64,000 nt of DNA, from contig RHPI01000560.1 in assembly GCA_009103225.1 (NCBI GenBank), forward strand, positions 664,524 through 728,523. The letters run 5' to 3'. Made by a program: the position numbers and the translations under genes. The stretch is from Chlorokybus atmophyticus. Taxonomy: Eukaryota > Plantae > Mesostigma and Chlorokybus algae. The notes beneath the pieces were generated by a model. The model had not been told where the DNA came from. It saw only the letters and a program-made list of their open reading frames with translations, and made no database searches. Positions 12,139-24,740 of this stretch are shown here, in pieces; the stretch's first letter is position 1; the number at the start of each line of letters is the position of its first letter.

Positions 12139-12936
12139 CTGCTCAAGGAGACAAGCCGTTAAAAACTTTGCAAGTGCACGAGTGCACAAGCACACGAGTT
12201 GTGCACTCTGAAAGTGTCAAAATTTGTTGTTTCTTTCTCGTTGATTGCAAGGTTTTAACTTGAATAAAACAGCCCGTGAAGGAACTACCCATCACCTCTC
12301 AACAAGACACTTGCTTGCAAACAAACCGCACGCGATTCCACGCAACGGTTTGCATGGCTACAACAACTCAAAGTTTTCTTACTTTGTACAACTCCACTTA
12401 CTCACAACTGCAATTGACACTAGTAGTGCCAAGTGTGAATGGAGTTTGCTTGGCCAAAGAGAACAAATCTATTGGCCCCACCGCACTGACTAGCGATCAC
12501 GACAGCCGATGTTGCCACCGGACTGCCCTCAAGGGTTGGAGCACGCGTGCAATGGCGTGCGCGCACACAAAACCCTTCACACCCCCGCGAATCCACGCAG
12601 TGGCTATCCCACAAGCATACACGTATTGATGGTAATGTGAGCTATTAAGTAATGTGCTGGGATGTAATGCTTGGTGTGAGGCTGCCTGAGTGGCCGCCTC
12701 CCCTTCACACTAACAAGCTAGGCTAAGCCAGGCAAGCTAGGCTAGGCTAAGCAACACCAACAGCAGCAACTATACAACTATACAATAACAACAATTAGAT
12801 AACAACCACCACTACTCACCCTAGTGGGTAGCGGCTGCTAGCTGTTGCCACTGGCGCCGCTGTCAGGCCGCCGGCCTGACGTCGGCATTGAGTAGTGCCG
12901 ACTGCCGCCTCTGCGCCCCCAGGCCCCCGCGCCCTC

Positions 12937-12948
12937 GCTCCAATATCA
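12937..12948 (-). promoter_or_regulatory. Degenerate primer-binding site, tRNA-iMet type
   Basis: Minus strand TGATATTGGAGC, 2 nt inside the 5' LTR; 9/12 identity (all transitions) to the canonical plant PBS TGGTATCAGAGC. Confidence 0.6.
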
Positions 12949-12950
12949 AA

Positions 12951-13276
12951 TGTAAGAAGGGGGGTGCTACCGCCCCCTTTAATCCCCTACCCCAACACCA
13001 CCACCAGCCACGCCGCCGGCCCACACCGCCGCCGCCGCTGCCTGGGCAGCTGCTAGAGCAAAAGATGCTCTGGCTATGGCGGCCGCTGCCTTAGCAGCGC
13101 CGCTATGCGGCTGATATCGATGTAAGACATGAGATATCAGTGTTAGCGATAAGCTAACACTACATTAAGGCCATAAGAGCCCTAATACGGCTCAATTGGC
13201 TGTTTATTACCCATTGGGACCCTTATTTCTAACTAAATAAGGGCGGGGAACCGCATAGTGGTAGCACTCCGTTACA
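12951..13276 (-). repeat. 5' LTR (326 bp)
   Basis: Direct repeat of 6078-6409, followed by the TSD TATTC. Confidence 0.95.
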
Positions 13277-14282
13277 TATTCTAGCATGTTCGCGACCAAA
13301 CTGCTTAAGGCCTTAAGGATGTTCTGATATCAAATGGTATGACGGCCTTATAAGACAATATAAAACATATATATAGTGATTGTAAACTTACTTACATGTG
13401 GCTGTACACCATTCTCACCATTGTTTGTTAATTAACAACTATTAAGTAACTAGAGGTTATGAGGACATAATTACACCTCACCTTTAGTCCCAAGCTAACT
13501 GCCCCCTTTGGCTAGGCCCCTCCGGCCCGCGAGTGGATTTCCACTTTGGGTTGGGGAAATCCACCTATGCTTTGCTAGGAACTATTCTAGGCGCGAGGCC
13601 TGTCGCTAGGCTCTTAGACCACTTTAATTCTTTAGATCACCTAGACGCTTTCGATCTCTAGCAACCTCTCATGTTCGCAACAAACTGAGAATGGCCCAAT
13701 ACCCACGCGGGCTTGGGAGGTGGCGTCACGCGTTGCGCTTGCCACCAATGCCTTAGCCATTTTACAACACTTTTGTCGTGCATGTGAACCATATCAATAA
13801 TTCATGAATGAAGCAACTTTCATTCACGTTTTTACAACTTGGCTCAGGCTTTGTGTATTGCCTTATTCCATTTTCTTACAAGATATGGTTTGTATTTTAC
13901 TTCGCTTAGTTGTGAATTACTGGCTCGTTTATTTTTTGAGCCCAACTGCCCCCTTGTATTTAGCAACTTTCGTTTTCATGCGTGCGATTCTGAGAGGTCG
14001 CGCGGCCCCCTAAACGTGCGTGTGCAATTGTTACTTGCGGCCTTGGGGACTTAGCTGTTATCGCGGAATGTGCCCCCGCGGTTGTGAAGTATCTAATTTA
14101 TTCATGAACCATTTAATCTATAAGTCAAGTAGTTCATTAGCGAATCATTGGTACACCATAATATAACCTCGCCGCTAGTTTGATGATTTAGTTTTGTGGG
14201 GTACATGCATCATATGGTTCGCCTTTAAAGCACTTCAAGTAAATGACTATGTATAATCACTTTTGCAAATAGCTTAATAAAC

Positions 14283-14548
14283 TAACGTATTTACCCGGTC
14301 ACAGTGCCCCCCTTCTAACATAGTGCCCCCCCACAATTTATGGGGGGTAATTTTATTCGAGGGGGCGCTTTATTTGAAAGGGGGCATTATAAAATCACGA
14401 GTACGCTATTTAATCGTATTGAACTGTAATTGAGGTAAACCGACGTGGAATACATAACACGGCCATGACTTAATTGTATCTTATCGCATTTCATGCGTAA
14501 CTTTATAGTAGGGGGGCATTGTATACAAGAGGGGCATAATACAGCCTA
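14283..14548. mobile_element. Decayed pogo-type MITE or terminus cluster
   Basis: Starts TAACGTATTTACCCG..TGCCCCC (close to pogo-like TACCGTATTT termini), with several inverted GGGGGCAT(T/A) motifs at 14378-14408 and 14511-14540. Confidence 0.5.
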
Positions 14549-15269
14549 ACATTGTGCCCGTTTGAAAATTCGTGGAGGTAATTGCACTAAGGGAGGAACG
14601 GCACGGGTAAATGCGATATTTAATTCACTTTTTGCAAACTTGTTAACTCCTTGCATAACCCGTAATAGTTCATCCTTTATTCATCTGGTACCCTTTATCG
14701 CAAATAGGGTAAGTGGAGGTAATTTTCGACGTTTGCGTAATCCGAACATTGACATGTGTTACTTGACCGCTTGTTGCGCGTGCAATTTGCGATCGATTTG
14801 GGCGTTTCGAGTCTTGACGTGTAGGTAACAGCCACTCTTAGCTGCTAGGATTTGATTTGGATGTGATTGGTCAAGTAATGTCGCCAAGACAGTCCGCCAA
14901 GTGGGTAACTTTTAATGTTGCAACATGTTAACCTTGACTTTGCAGTTACAAAGATAGAGTTGCTTGTGTCTTATGTGACCTTGTGTTAGCTGTATGCAAC
15001 CCCTTTACTGTCTAGTTAATGCTCTAAAAAGGGTTTGTCTGATAACGGTTTGATGGTTTGAGAGTTGTGGCGGGGCAAGTAAAAGCGCAAATTGTGCTTA
15101 AAGATGGTTTGAGAAAGCAATTTGCGACCAAGTGCAGTCGTGAGTATTGAGAGTGCTAGTGTTATGTGGCGGCGGAGGTAAGGCATGCAAGGTTGGGTGT
15201 GAGGTTATGGTGTATGACTATGGCTTGACAGTGGCAAGTATGCTGTGAGGAGGCTAAGAGGCTGGCCAA

Positions 15270-18175
15270 GGTATGGTGTTCACACGCGCAACTCCTAGCT
15301 CGCAAGGCAACACCCAGGATGAGGTACAATTTATTAAACCAGGTGCCATGCTATGTCCTGCACACTGAGCATCTTTGTGGTGTATGTTGTGTATACTATT
15401 AGCCATGTGGTGCTGCTGCCTTAGCATCTCTTATGCAGTATGCTAGATGGCAGTCATGTCGGGTAACATGTGTGTTCATGGCCAGCTTGTGTTTAGGAAT
15501 CAACTTCTGTTGCTGGGGGCAAGCGCGCATGCAGCACTCCTTCAGATTTTTGGCCAAAATCCGAAGGAGTGCTGCATGCTGCATGGAAGACCAAAATGTT
15601 TTGTGGATCCAAGCGCGTGCGTGGGCGCAGCTAGAAGGCATTGCGTGGTCTTCTTGGCTCCACATTACGGAAAGGCATAAGGTATGTCAACTATGGCCGC
15701 AGAGGGGGGGAAGCTGCTATGAGTAGCTTTAGAGGAAGTGATTTATGGTCTGAGTTTTTGCATGTCATCTGAGAGGCATGGCGCGTGCAAGTTAACACGC
15801 TATAACTACTGGCCAAGAGTGATGAGAAGGTGCAGTTGTCTACCCCAATGGGACGTTCACATGTGTTAACAAAGGCAGAAGAGGAGCAAGTGGTTGATCA
15901 ACTGGGCTGTGGACAATGAGTACTCTGTCACTCGCCCCCCTTTGTTGGCCAGGGTACACGTCTGTATATGAGTTGAAAATTGTGTTATGCTGTGCACGTG
16001 TGCATGGCTGCTGTGCATTGGGGTGATGTGTGCATTTTTACCAGGTGGTGCACATCTTAAAGGACGATACAAGGTTGAGCCGGCCCGGTTGAGCCCACCG
16101 GGTTTGGACCTAGGCAGGGGCCCCGGTACAAGTGGCTAAGGATGTTGATGTGTCGCCACAACCTTGCCACTCGCGTGGCTGAGGGACTGGACCGTTGGCG
16201 CTAGCATGCGTGCATCAGGGAGAATGTGCAGGCCTTGTTTGACTTGTACACCAAGACGCTGGAAAAGCTTGGAATAGATGATCCCACCCGCATCTTCAAC
16301 GCGGATGAGATTGGATTTGAGCCTGACAATGTTGATGAGTCCTAGTACAAGTGTACTGGCGGGGATGCAAGTGATTTGTAGGCAACCTACCAAAGGGTGG
16401 ATGTGTGTGAGCAGGTTAGGTGAAGGTCATTTGCAAGAAGGGCTTCAAGAACCCATACTACAACCAGGTTGGTTGTAGAGAGCACATGAGCGTAATGGCA
16501 TGTGTGAGCGCCTCAGGAGGTTGGAAGCCTCCCTTCTACATACTCAAGGGCAGCAAATTCACAAGCATCTACATGGACTTGGCACCTTATGGCAGTGCCA
16601 TGTGCATGCAGGAAAAAGCATACCTAACCATTGAGGTCTTTACGGACTGATTTAAGGAGTATAAAAAGTACATACTTGGTGGCGTGAGCGCTGACAATCC
16701 TGTGCTGCCTCTTTTGGATGGCCACTCATCTCGCATAAACGAAGAGCTCTTGGAAGACGCACGCAATGGCATCCACATGCTCACCGTCCCTGCTCGTATG
16801 ACACACCTGATGCAGGTTGGTGGTGGATGCATGTTTGATATGCCTAAACGCACTACTCTGTCAAGCAGAGCCAGCGGAGTCCACTGATCAATTTTGGCAT
16901 ATGCGCTGAATGTCACCTGCTTCAAGAGTCTGAAGGCACACTACAAGTCTGCGGTCCAGAACTGGCGGATGGAGGACCCCAACCGCCCCATTATCAAGAG
17001 GAAGTCCGTGGAGCTTACATGCAAGCCATTTTTGCTGGCAATAACTCCATACAACATTGTCAATGGCTTCCGCAAAGCTAGTGAGCTGCATGAAGCACGC
17101 GTGACACATATGTGTGTGTGGGAAATGTGTGTAGAATATGTAATAGATGCATTATATGTTACCAATTGATGTGGTGTGATACGCAGTGAACCTGGCCAGT
17201 GATTAATTGGGGCCAGTGAATGTTCATGCACTCGATGATCGTGTACCTATGATGTGCAAGCTTGCTCTGGACGAGGTAACGGTGGCCATGGCCCATGCTC
17301 AGGTGCAGCATGAGTTTGGCGGCCCTTTATTTGATGCGGATGGGGTGCCTCTGCCCTGCGAGGAGGAGGAGGAGGAGGCAGACTCAGATGCCATTGAGGA
17401 TGAGGACAGCATCTCAGACAAGGAGAACCAGCCACCATCTGCTGTTACAGGGATCATCAACAACAACGTCGTCAATTTCAGCACCACCGTCAGCAACATT
17501 CACATCAACATCCAAGGTGGCACAGCTGGGGTGGCCCCTCTTGCACCCAACATCAACTTTGGGTGCAGCAGCGGGCTGGTGGTGTTCCCCAGATGACACA
17601 GCAGGAAGCGGGTGCGCCTTAGCAGGGTGTGCAATCGGGAACAGCAGCAGATGGGGGCTCAGCAAGGCTGGCATTAGAAGGCCAAGAACCCAGAGATTGG
17701 TGGAGCATTGTGATTGACAAGCCAGGGTTACATCAAGGTACTGCAAGCTAAAAAGGATGAGATGGTAGCCAAGCAGGCTGCCATCGTGGCACGCAAGCAG
17801 GAGGCTGCTGCGAGGAGAGCCTTGGGAGCGACGAAGAAGCAGGAGGCAGCTGCTTGAAAAAGTGTCGTGACCTTACAGCGAGCGGATGCCAAGGCACAGA
17901 AAGAGCTAGCAGCACTTAAAAAGCAGCAGGAGAAGGCAATCAAGTCAGCCGCCAAGCAGGAGAAGATATCAGCACGGTTGAAAGCTACACACACCAACAC
18001 ATCTACTGGCGCTCGTCCTTGCTTTATTGACCTCACCACGCAGGCCGAAAACGAGTACTACAACCCCTTGGCAAACCTCTCACCCATGGCTAGCCTTGTG
18101 GGGAGCCCACAGCAAGCCCGATCTAGTCCCTTCCGCCTATCATGTCTGCGATGCAAACTGCCAACAAAGCTGTGA
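15270..18175 (+). pseudogene. pogo-family (Tigger/Fot1-like, DDE_1) transposase pseudogene with spliceosomal introns
   Basis: GRSHVLTKAEEEQVV (HTH linker), RIFNADEIG (first D), EHMSVMACVSASGGWKPPFYILKG, PLLDGHSSR (second D), VTCFKSLKAHY, AITPYNIVNGFRKA, Lys/Ala-rich tail. Contains in-frame stops and GT-AG-bounded CA/TG-rich introns. Confidence 0.88.
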
Positions 18176-18213
18176 ATGCCTTGGTGGCAGCGACAGGGCC
18201 TGCGCGCATGCTG

Positions 18214-19750
18214 TTAAACTTCAAGGCAGCAGCGAGAGGCCTCCGATAGAGTTGGACTCCACTCGGAGTTGAGCGTCAGACTAGTCTCAGCATTGGCAAC
18301 CTCTTTATATATAGCAGCCCCAATTGTGATATTGCAACCCTCATGCAATCCTAGGCAAGTGCGCCTGCCATCAGCACTGCCATCAACTATGCACGCGTGC
18401 AATGCGTGACACAGATACGCACAGATGCACACATGCAATGCATCGCCCACACACACACATATGCATGACACACATGTGCACTCAGTGTCACCACTCAATG
18501 CATGTGCACAAGCACACTATGCACAAGCCAGCACACATGTGCACAGTCACAAAGCCGGGCGGGTTCACGTACATTACCAGCATCTATGAACAGGGGTCAC
18601 TGAGGCCAGGGCACAACCAGCACAGCAGCAGGTGACACCACAATCTAGCCAACCTGCACAGTTGTGCACATGCCAAGCATGTGCACAAACACGAAGTTAT
18701 AAGCCAAAGGCCAAGTCAGTCACCGTTCGCTCAAGGGCAGGTCCATGATGGGCCAGGTGCTATTGTATCTCATAAATGTCCCCAGCTTGCAGTACATGAC
18801 CCACAACGGAGCCATAAGAGAGGCTCCAGCGCTCTGGATTCCCCAGGATAGTCCACACACCCAGGCGCAAGGATGGGTAGCCAATGATCCCCATGTCATA
18901 TACGCTCTTCAAGGCATGAGGGAATGGGTCCTGAGGCAAGCGGCACCAAGTTATCACGGCCCCCACGCTCTTAAAACAGAGTGGTGTTGCATGTGATTGG
19001 ACCGCGCATTGTTGTGTGGATGCTTTGGGTCCGCGGTCACTCGGGCCATAGGTGGAGACCTCCCACTCAAAGAGGCAGCACTGCTCGTAGGTCGCGGGTC
19101 ATCGTTCTTGACCTTGCCAAGCCCGATGGCATCTTGGCACGAGTCCTGCCCCTGCCTCCCACCTCCCACAGCAAGTCCGTGAGCTCGTGGGTCATAAGCA
19201 AGGGCAGCAGGGGGATGCCCCCGCGGCGTGGGCGCTCAGCCGGTGGGTAAGGCGCGGGTGGGAGAGGGTTGCTGGTGAATCGGGGAGGAGGGTCAAGCCG
19301 TGGACGCTTCACGCCCTTGCCATTCGCCTTGGCGCCGTCCGCAGCGGCTTGTTCAAGGAAAGACAGTTTACAAGTGATACACGCAAACACGCACGATATC
19401 ACACAGCAAACCCAAACGCAGTCATGCAGTAGAAAAGGCTAACATGCTCACCATTTCACCACAAACACACCCAAACACAAACACGCACAAGCATGCATGC
19501 ATGCACAGTAAACGCCGGAGCTAGACCATCATGCTCAGGGTTTGTACAGTATCACACATGTTGCGGCGCAAACATACAATAACAAACACACACTCACATG
19601 CATGCATGCACATACACACAAACGCACAAACAAACACACAAACACAAGTGTGGACGCAAACGCACAAGCATGCATGCACTGTCACGCATGAGACTAGGCT
19701 AACTTGCTTATTGTGCAGGGCTCCAACCCCGCCCTCGCACAGGCAGGCGG
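18214..19750 (-). pseudogene. Decayed multi-exon gene convergent with the transposase, tentatively cupin/JmjC-like
   Basis: Exon-like blocks separated by CA/TG introns. 18720-18970 reads GAVITWCRLPQ...VVGHVLQAGDIYEIQ*HLAHHGPALERTVTDLAFG, resembling cupin motif 2 (G-x5-P-x4-H). Stops and frameshifts are present. Confidence 0.35.
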
Positions 19751-20060
19751 CTGCTCACCATGAGAACGGCGGAACGGGCTAGAGGAGCGCTCCAGCGCAA
19801 CTAGACGACAAGAACAGCAAGGTTGCGGCGTGCGCGTAGCACCTCGCCCTGCCTCGGCTAGCCAACAATAACAAAAAGGTTGAAACCAATCCCGGCGGCC
19901 ATGGCGGCGAGGTTGAACGGCCGTCACGCACAACAACACGTTATCGCATGTTGAGGCCTGACATACGCCAGCATACCGCCACAACAGGCTGAAATGCAGC
20001 TATTTTTAGCAGTCTGAAATTAGGCAAACAGGCTTTTCAGCCTGTATTCTAACCAATGCA

Positions 20061-20514
20061 TACCGTATTTGAGCAAATGCAACCCCCCTTTACAAATACA
20101 AAAGCCCCCCCCCCCCCCCCNNNNNNNNNNNNNNNNNNNNNNNNNNNNNNNNNNNNNNNNNNNNNNNNNNNNNNNNNNNNNNNNNNNNNNNNNNNNNNNN
20201 NNNNNNNNNNNNNNNNNNNNNNNNNNNNNNNNNNNNNNNNNNNNNNNNNNNNNNNNNNNNNNNNNNNNNNNNNNNNNNNNNNNNNNNNNNNNNNNNNNNN
20301 NNNNNNNNNNNNNNNNNNNNNNNNNNNNNNNNNNNNNNNNNNNNNNNNNNNNNNNNNNNNNNNNNNNNNNNNNNNNNNNNNNNNNNNNNNNNNNNNNNNN
20401 NNNNNNNNNNNNNNNNNNNNNNNNNNNNNNNNNNNNNNNNNNNNNNNNNNNNNNNNNNNNCCCCCCCCCCTCAAAGGGGGGGTGGGTGGGGGGGTCCATC
20501 ACACAAATACGGTA
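20061..20514. mobile_element. pogo-type MITE (N gap in the centre)
   Basis: Perfect 11-bp inverted termini TACCGTATTTG (20061-20071) and CAAATACGGTA (20504-20514), including the TA; C/G-run subtermini. Confidence 0.72.
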
Positions 20515-23189
20515 TTTGTTAACCTTTGTCCCAGATATAATGAGCATAACAACATTTTGTGATGCATCAAGCAGTAGATTTCAAAGGCTTCTAACCCACT
20601 ATCACACACATTAATTTATTTACTACTATAACTAAGTTAAAACCCTACCCTTAAGATGTCCGGACTTTGGTCTACTTACCCTAATTAGGCCTAATTCATG
20701 TTGAGGCGAGCTAGTGAACTAAGCTTTTCGTAAGTGAACTACTTTATGAGTTCACATACTCATTTGGTTCACTGTAAACTATTCTGCTAGTTAGGAAGGG
20801 CTGCCGTAAGTCGCGAACACCGGGTGCTGCAACGCGGAGCGCCCACGTCGCGAATCGCCGCGCCACCAAATGAGTACATTCATCAAGCGGCCCGTTGATT
20901 AGCATCGTGCAATTTAGACGATCTAACGGCAATCTGATAGTCGATTGCAATCTTTCAAAAAGTCGACTGTTTCACCGTAAATGCTTGCTAACACGGCCAA
21001 GTTGCACCGGTTAGATTATCAGACTTGGCCGCACGACCTCCCCCCGGTAATAGTGGCTCCCATGACATTGCATGGGAGCCATAAAGATACTCATACATAA
21101 CTTTTATTAAATGTTTATCAATGTGATGTTGAGCAGCCGCTCCAGCATAGCCGCCGATAGCGATTACCGAAAAAGTTAACTTCAATGCACAAGATACGTA
21201 AGTTAACAACATCATTTATTCGTCGCTGAGTCGAGCTTGCATGTGCAGTATATATATTACTACGTTGCTGTTGCATACATAATCAAGAGGACAACTTTTG
21301 CATACATTTTCACTAATCTCATTTGGACAAATGCAATTGCAAATATTGATTGCAAGAAACATGCCATCGCCGAATCATGTTTATCATAAAATGTCATATG
21401 CATTTTTATATCCGACTACATACATTGTACAGGATCGTTAACTTCGAGGCCATCCAACTTTACATTACAGACATTACTTGTTAAAGCTGAAAGATACTGA
21501 AGGTTATGCGAACAAAACAAATGCACAACGTGTTCTTCTGCGCCCGCGTGCAGTGCACAGGTGTGGATGTGGTTATGGGTGAGTGCGAGTGTGCACACGC
21601 TTGTGCAATGCAATGCAATGCAATGTGTGCAATTACATGCGTCAGTTCAGGCCTGCAGCTGTGGTGCAGTACAGTGTCTGCATGTGTTGTTGTGCCTTTT
21701 TATGTGCGTGCATGCATGCATGTGTGTCAATCATTGTGTGCGCGCGCTGATGTGTGCATATGTGTACGAGCACATATGTGTGTGTCTGAATATCTGCGTG
21801 TGCATTTGCATGCGCCCGTGCAGTGCGTTGCTTCGGCGTAGGTGAGGACGAGTGTGTATATAGAACAATAGTAGTGTGTACGCTTGTATGCACACAAGCA
21901 TGTGCGTGTGCTTGTGCCTGCGTTTGTTGATGTGGACCTTGTATGCAATGTAGTGTGTGCGTGCACTGACGTGCCTGGCGATGCCCTGGCTCTGGCGATT
22001 GCAGGCCGCCGCCGCTACGGTCTTTAGGGTCGCCTGCTCAGCGACCTGGTCAGCCTGGTCCGACTGTGTGCAGTTTGTGCGCTACTGCCGCACACGGTCG
22101 GCGAAGCGCTGGCATACCGCAGCTCTTTGCCGCCGCCGTCGTCATTGCCGCCATTGCCGCCACGTGCCCACAACTCTCGGGCAAAGAGGAGGGGTTGGAA
22201 GGACTGGCTGTGCATCATCGTCGACACGCCAATGGAAGTCTTCAACTGCCGACAGTCGACGGGCCGGCGGGCAGGAAGCAAGCTTGCTGGTTCACTTATG
22301 AACTGGTCTTGACTCTCGCGGGTCCTTCCCTACCCGGTATGAAGGCGCCCGCGACATTCCTAGGCGGGTGTGTTCCAACTTGCACTTAAAGGAATTCGGG
22401 CGCCGCAAATGGCGGCGCCCACATTTGGGTTATTCATTAATAAATGGGTTATTCGGCTGTTGACCATGTTTGATGACGCAGTAACTATAGCGTGTAATCA
22501 ATTAGCGTTAAAGGGTAGAGTGGATCAGTCTGAACGAGGGTGAGTAGTGGCGGCATGTGTTTGGGGTATGGGGCCTGCCCCGACCTCGTACCGCCAAAAA
22601 TGCGGCCGTTTTAACCACTAACTGTGCCGCAATTGCACCAAATCCCTAGCAATTTTGGGTCGCCGTTGGTAAGCGGTTGCCGCTGAGATATGTTTCAGCA
22701 TTTTTTAGGCATCTTTGCAATGATTGGCCATTTCGCTGCCTTTATGAGCAACGGGCTGTTGTTACCGTTGCGATCCCATTTGATCAATCTTATGCGTGAC
22801 CAAATGGTGGCCTAACGATGCGATTTTTCGTTTAATTGAATCTTAACGATAAGGAATTTAGGTTAGCATTATTTTGATGGTCGTACCTCGGCATTATTTA
22901 CTGATTATCGCAGCACGTACCGTGGCGTGAACGTTACGCTGATTATTAGTTTTGAAACACTTAATAGCATTTGCTAATCATATGGCACCATATTGCACCA
23001 TATTGCAGCATGTTCATCAATATTATCAATGTAACACATTAAAATTATCAACATGCAGCCATAAGCGGCCACGTATGCAGAATTGTGCTCATTCTTACAT
23101 TTATCGGCATGCGCTTAAACAATTGGATGTGCTTTGGACGGCCAGGATCGTGTTTAGGTTGATCTAACGGTGTAACGCTTGTTCTCGCC

Positions 23190-24740
23190 GCCTAGCCAAT
23201 GAGAAGCAGGCGGGCCGCACATACTGCCGCGCAGCCCGGCAGTCGCGGGTGCCGTGTGATGGCCATAGCGCCGGATGTATGTAGGTTGAATGCCGACAGG
23301 CCGGCCCGACCAATAGGCGTGATGGGCGTAATGAATCTGCGCTTATAGCTTATATATGCTCTTAACGTTCAAGAGCATATTATGCTTAGTCGCCAAGAGC
23401 ATACGGTTTTTGAGGATACCAATATGCTCTTACAAAAGGGTAGACTATAGTCTACCCCCGTTAAAAGACTTCGGTTTATAAAAATAGCCCCGTTGAGATC
23501 ATAGATTTGCAAAAATTCAATGCTTTCACAGGCCAACATCATCAATAGGGGAGTAGTTTTGTACGCTATAAGACTACAACGAAGGGTTTGAATTTTGTGT
23601 GAGCTCAGTCTTGTTGCGGGGGAATACCTCGTTAATGGCATGTTTATTTTAAATACTATAAGCATACACATATTACAAGACTCATATATGGTTACGTACA
23701 TAATTAATCTATTATTAACGATTATCATTCAATTTATGCCACGTAAAAACATAATGACGTGGCTTACGATTATTTTGCAATACCCCTGTTAGTAAAATAT
23801 ATATTATGTAAAAAATAAAACAGTATATATTATTGTAAACGCCAAGAGAATAACCCCGTTGATGAAATCAAAGATACACGTGATTCTTATAGCGATGTAG
23901 ATTGTACAGTTAAGGTACATAGTGGTACGTACTTAATTACATTGAAACATTTATTGTACAGTCTACCCCTTTTAAAAACATGCTGTTTGTTTTTAAAGAT
24001 AGTTTGCTCCTGGCGGGATTATGCTCTTGGCGTTAAAAAGAGCATGATATGCTCTTAAACATTAAGAGCATTTGTATGCTATAAAGCAGCCCATCACGCC
24101 CATTACATCACCCGCATTATGTCACGTATTATGCCATCACGCTCATTACGCTAATTACGCATGATACTGTACCCATCACGCCTTGTCTATCACACTAATT
24201 ACGCCTGATGACACACCCGTCACGCGCTACTCCCTCAATGTTAAGAATACGCACACTGACAATTGCAAAAATGTCATGAAAAATAATATGCTCTTTGCGG
24301 TTAGTCATATTCTCTTAAGCACTAAAATTACCTTGTAGATTCGTTGGTGATCTCAGAATGTATGCTGCAAGCGTGGTTATTTTCTTGGAGCAAAGTCTTT
24401 TAGCGGGGGTGGACTGTACAACGCACACATGACGCATATGTGCACCGTGCATGTTGTGCTAAAAATGAATGGATTCTTTTATTCACTCGCATATACTTTG
24501 TGCAATTGCACAGTATGGGGATGTGCTTTGAGGAGGGTTGAGATTTGCTCAACACAAATCGAATGGCTGATAGCTGATAAACGTCGCATAGCCAATAAGA
24601 GGCAGGCAGGCTGCTCGGTATGCGCGGCAGGCATGTAGTCTCGGGTGCCGTGTGTGATGGCCCTTAGTGCGCGTGATGTGTCTGTGTGCCCTTATGCCGG
24701 CCTCCCGGCTGGCCGGCCGGCCCAATCCCGCCCAATCAGC
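23190..24740. repeat. Nested inverted/direct repeat complex (foldback-like non-autonomous element)
   Basis: Imperfect inverted arms ~23316-23450 and ~23955-24100 built from ATGCTCTT/AAGAGCAT motifs; perfect palindrome 23438-23457; diverged ~130-bp direct repeats at 23190-23315 and 24588-24730. Confidence 0.7.

Noticed and set aside
20121-20460. N gaps here and at 41667, 46692, 58440 and 61560 as biological features
   Set aside because: Nearly all are flanked by G/C homopolymers, consistent with sequencing drop-out; ORFs crossing them are meaningless.
20744-22310. Gene in the short ORFs and exon-like pieces
   Set aside because: No consistent frame or recognisable motif could be assembled.
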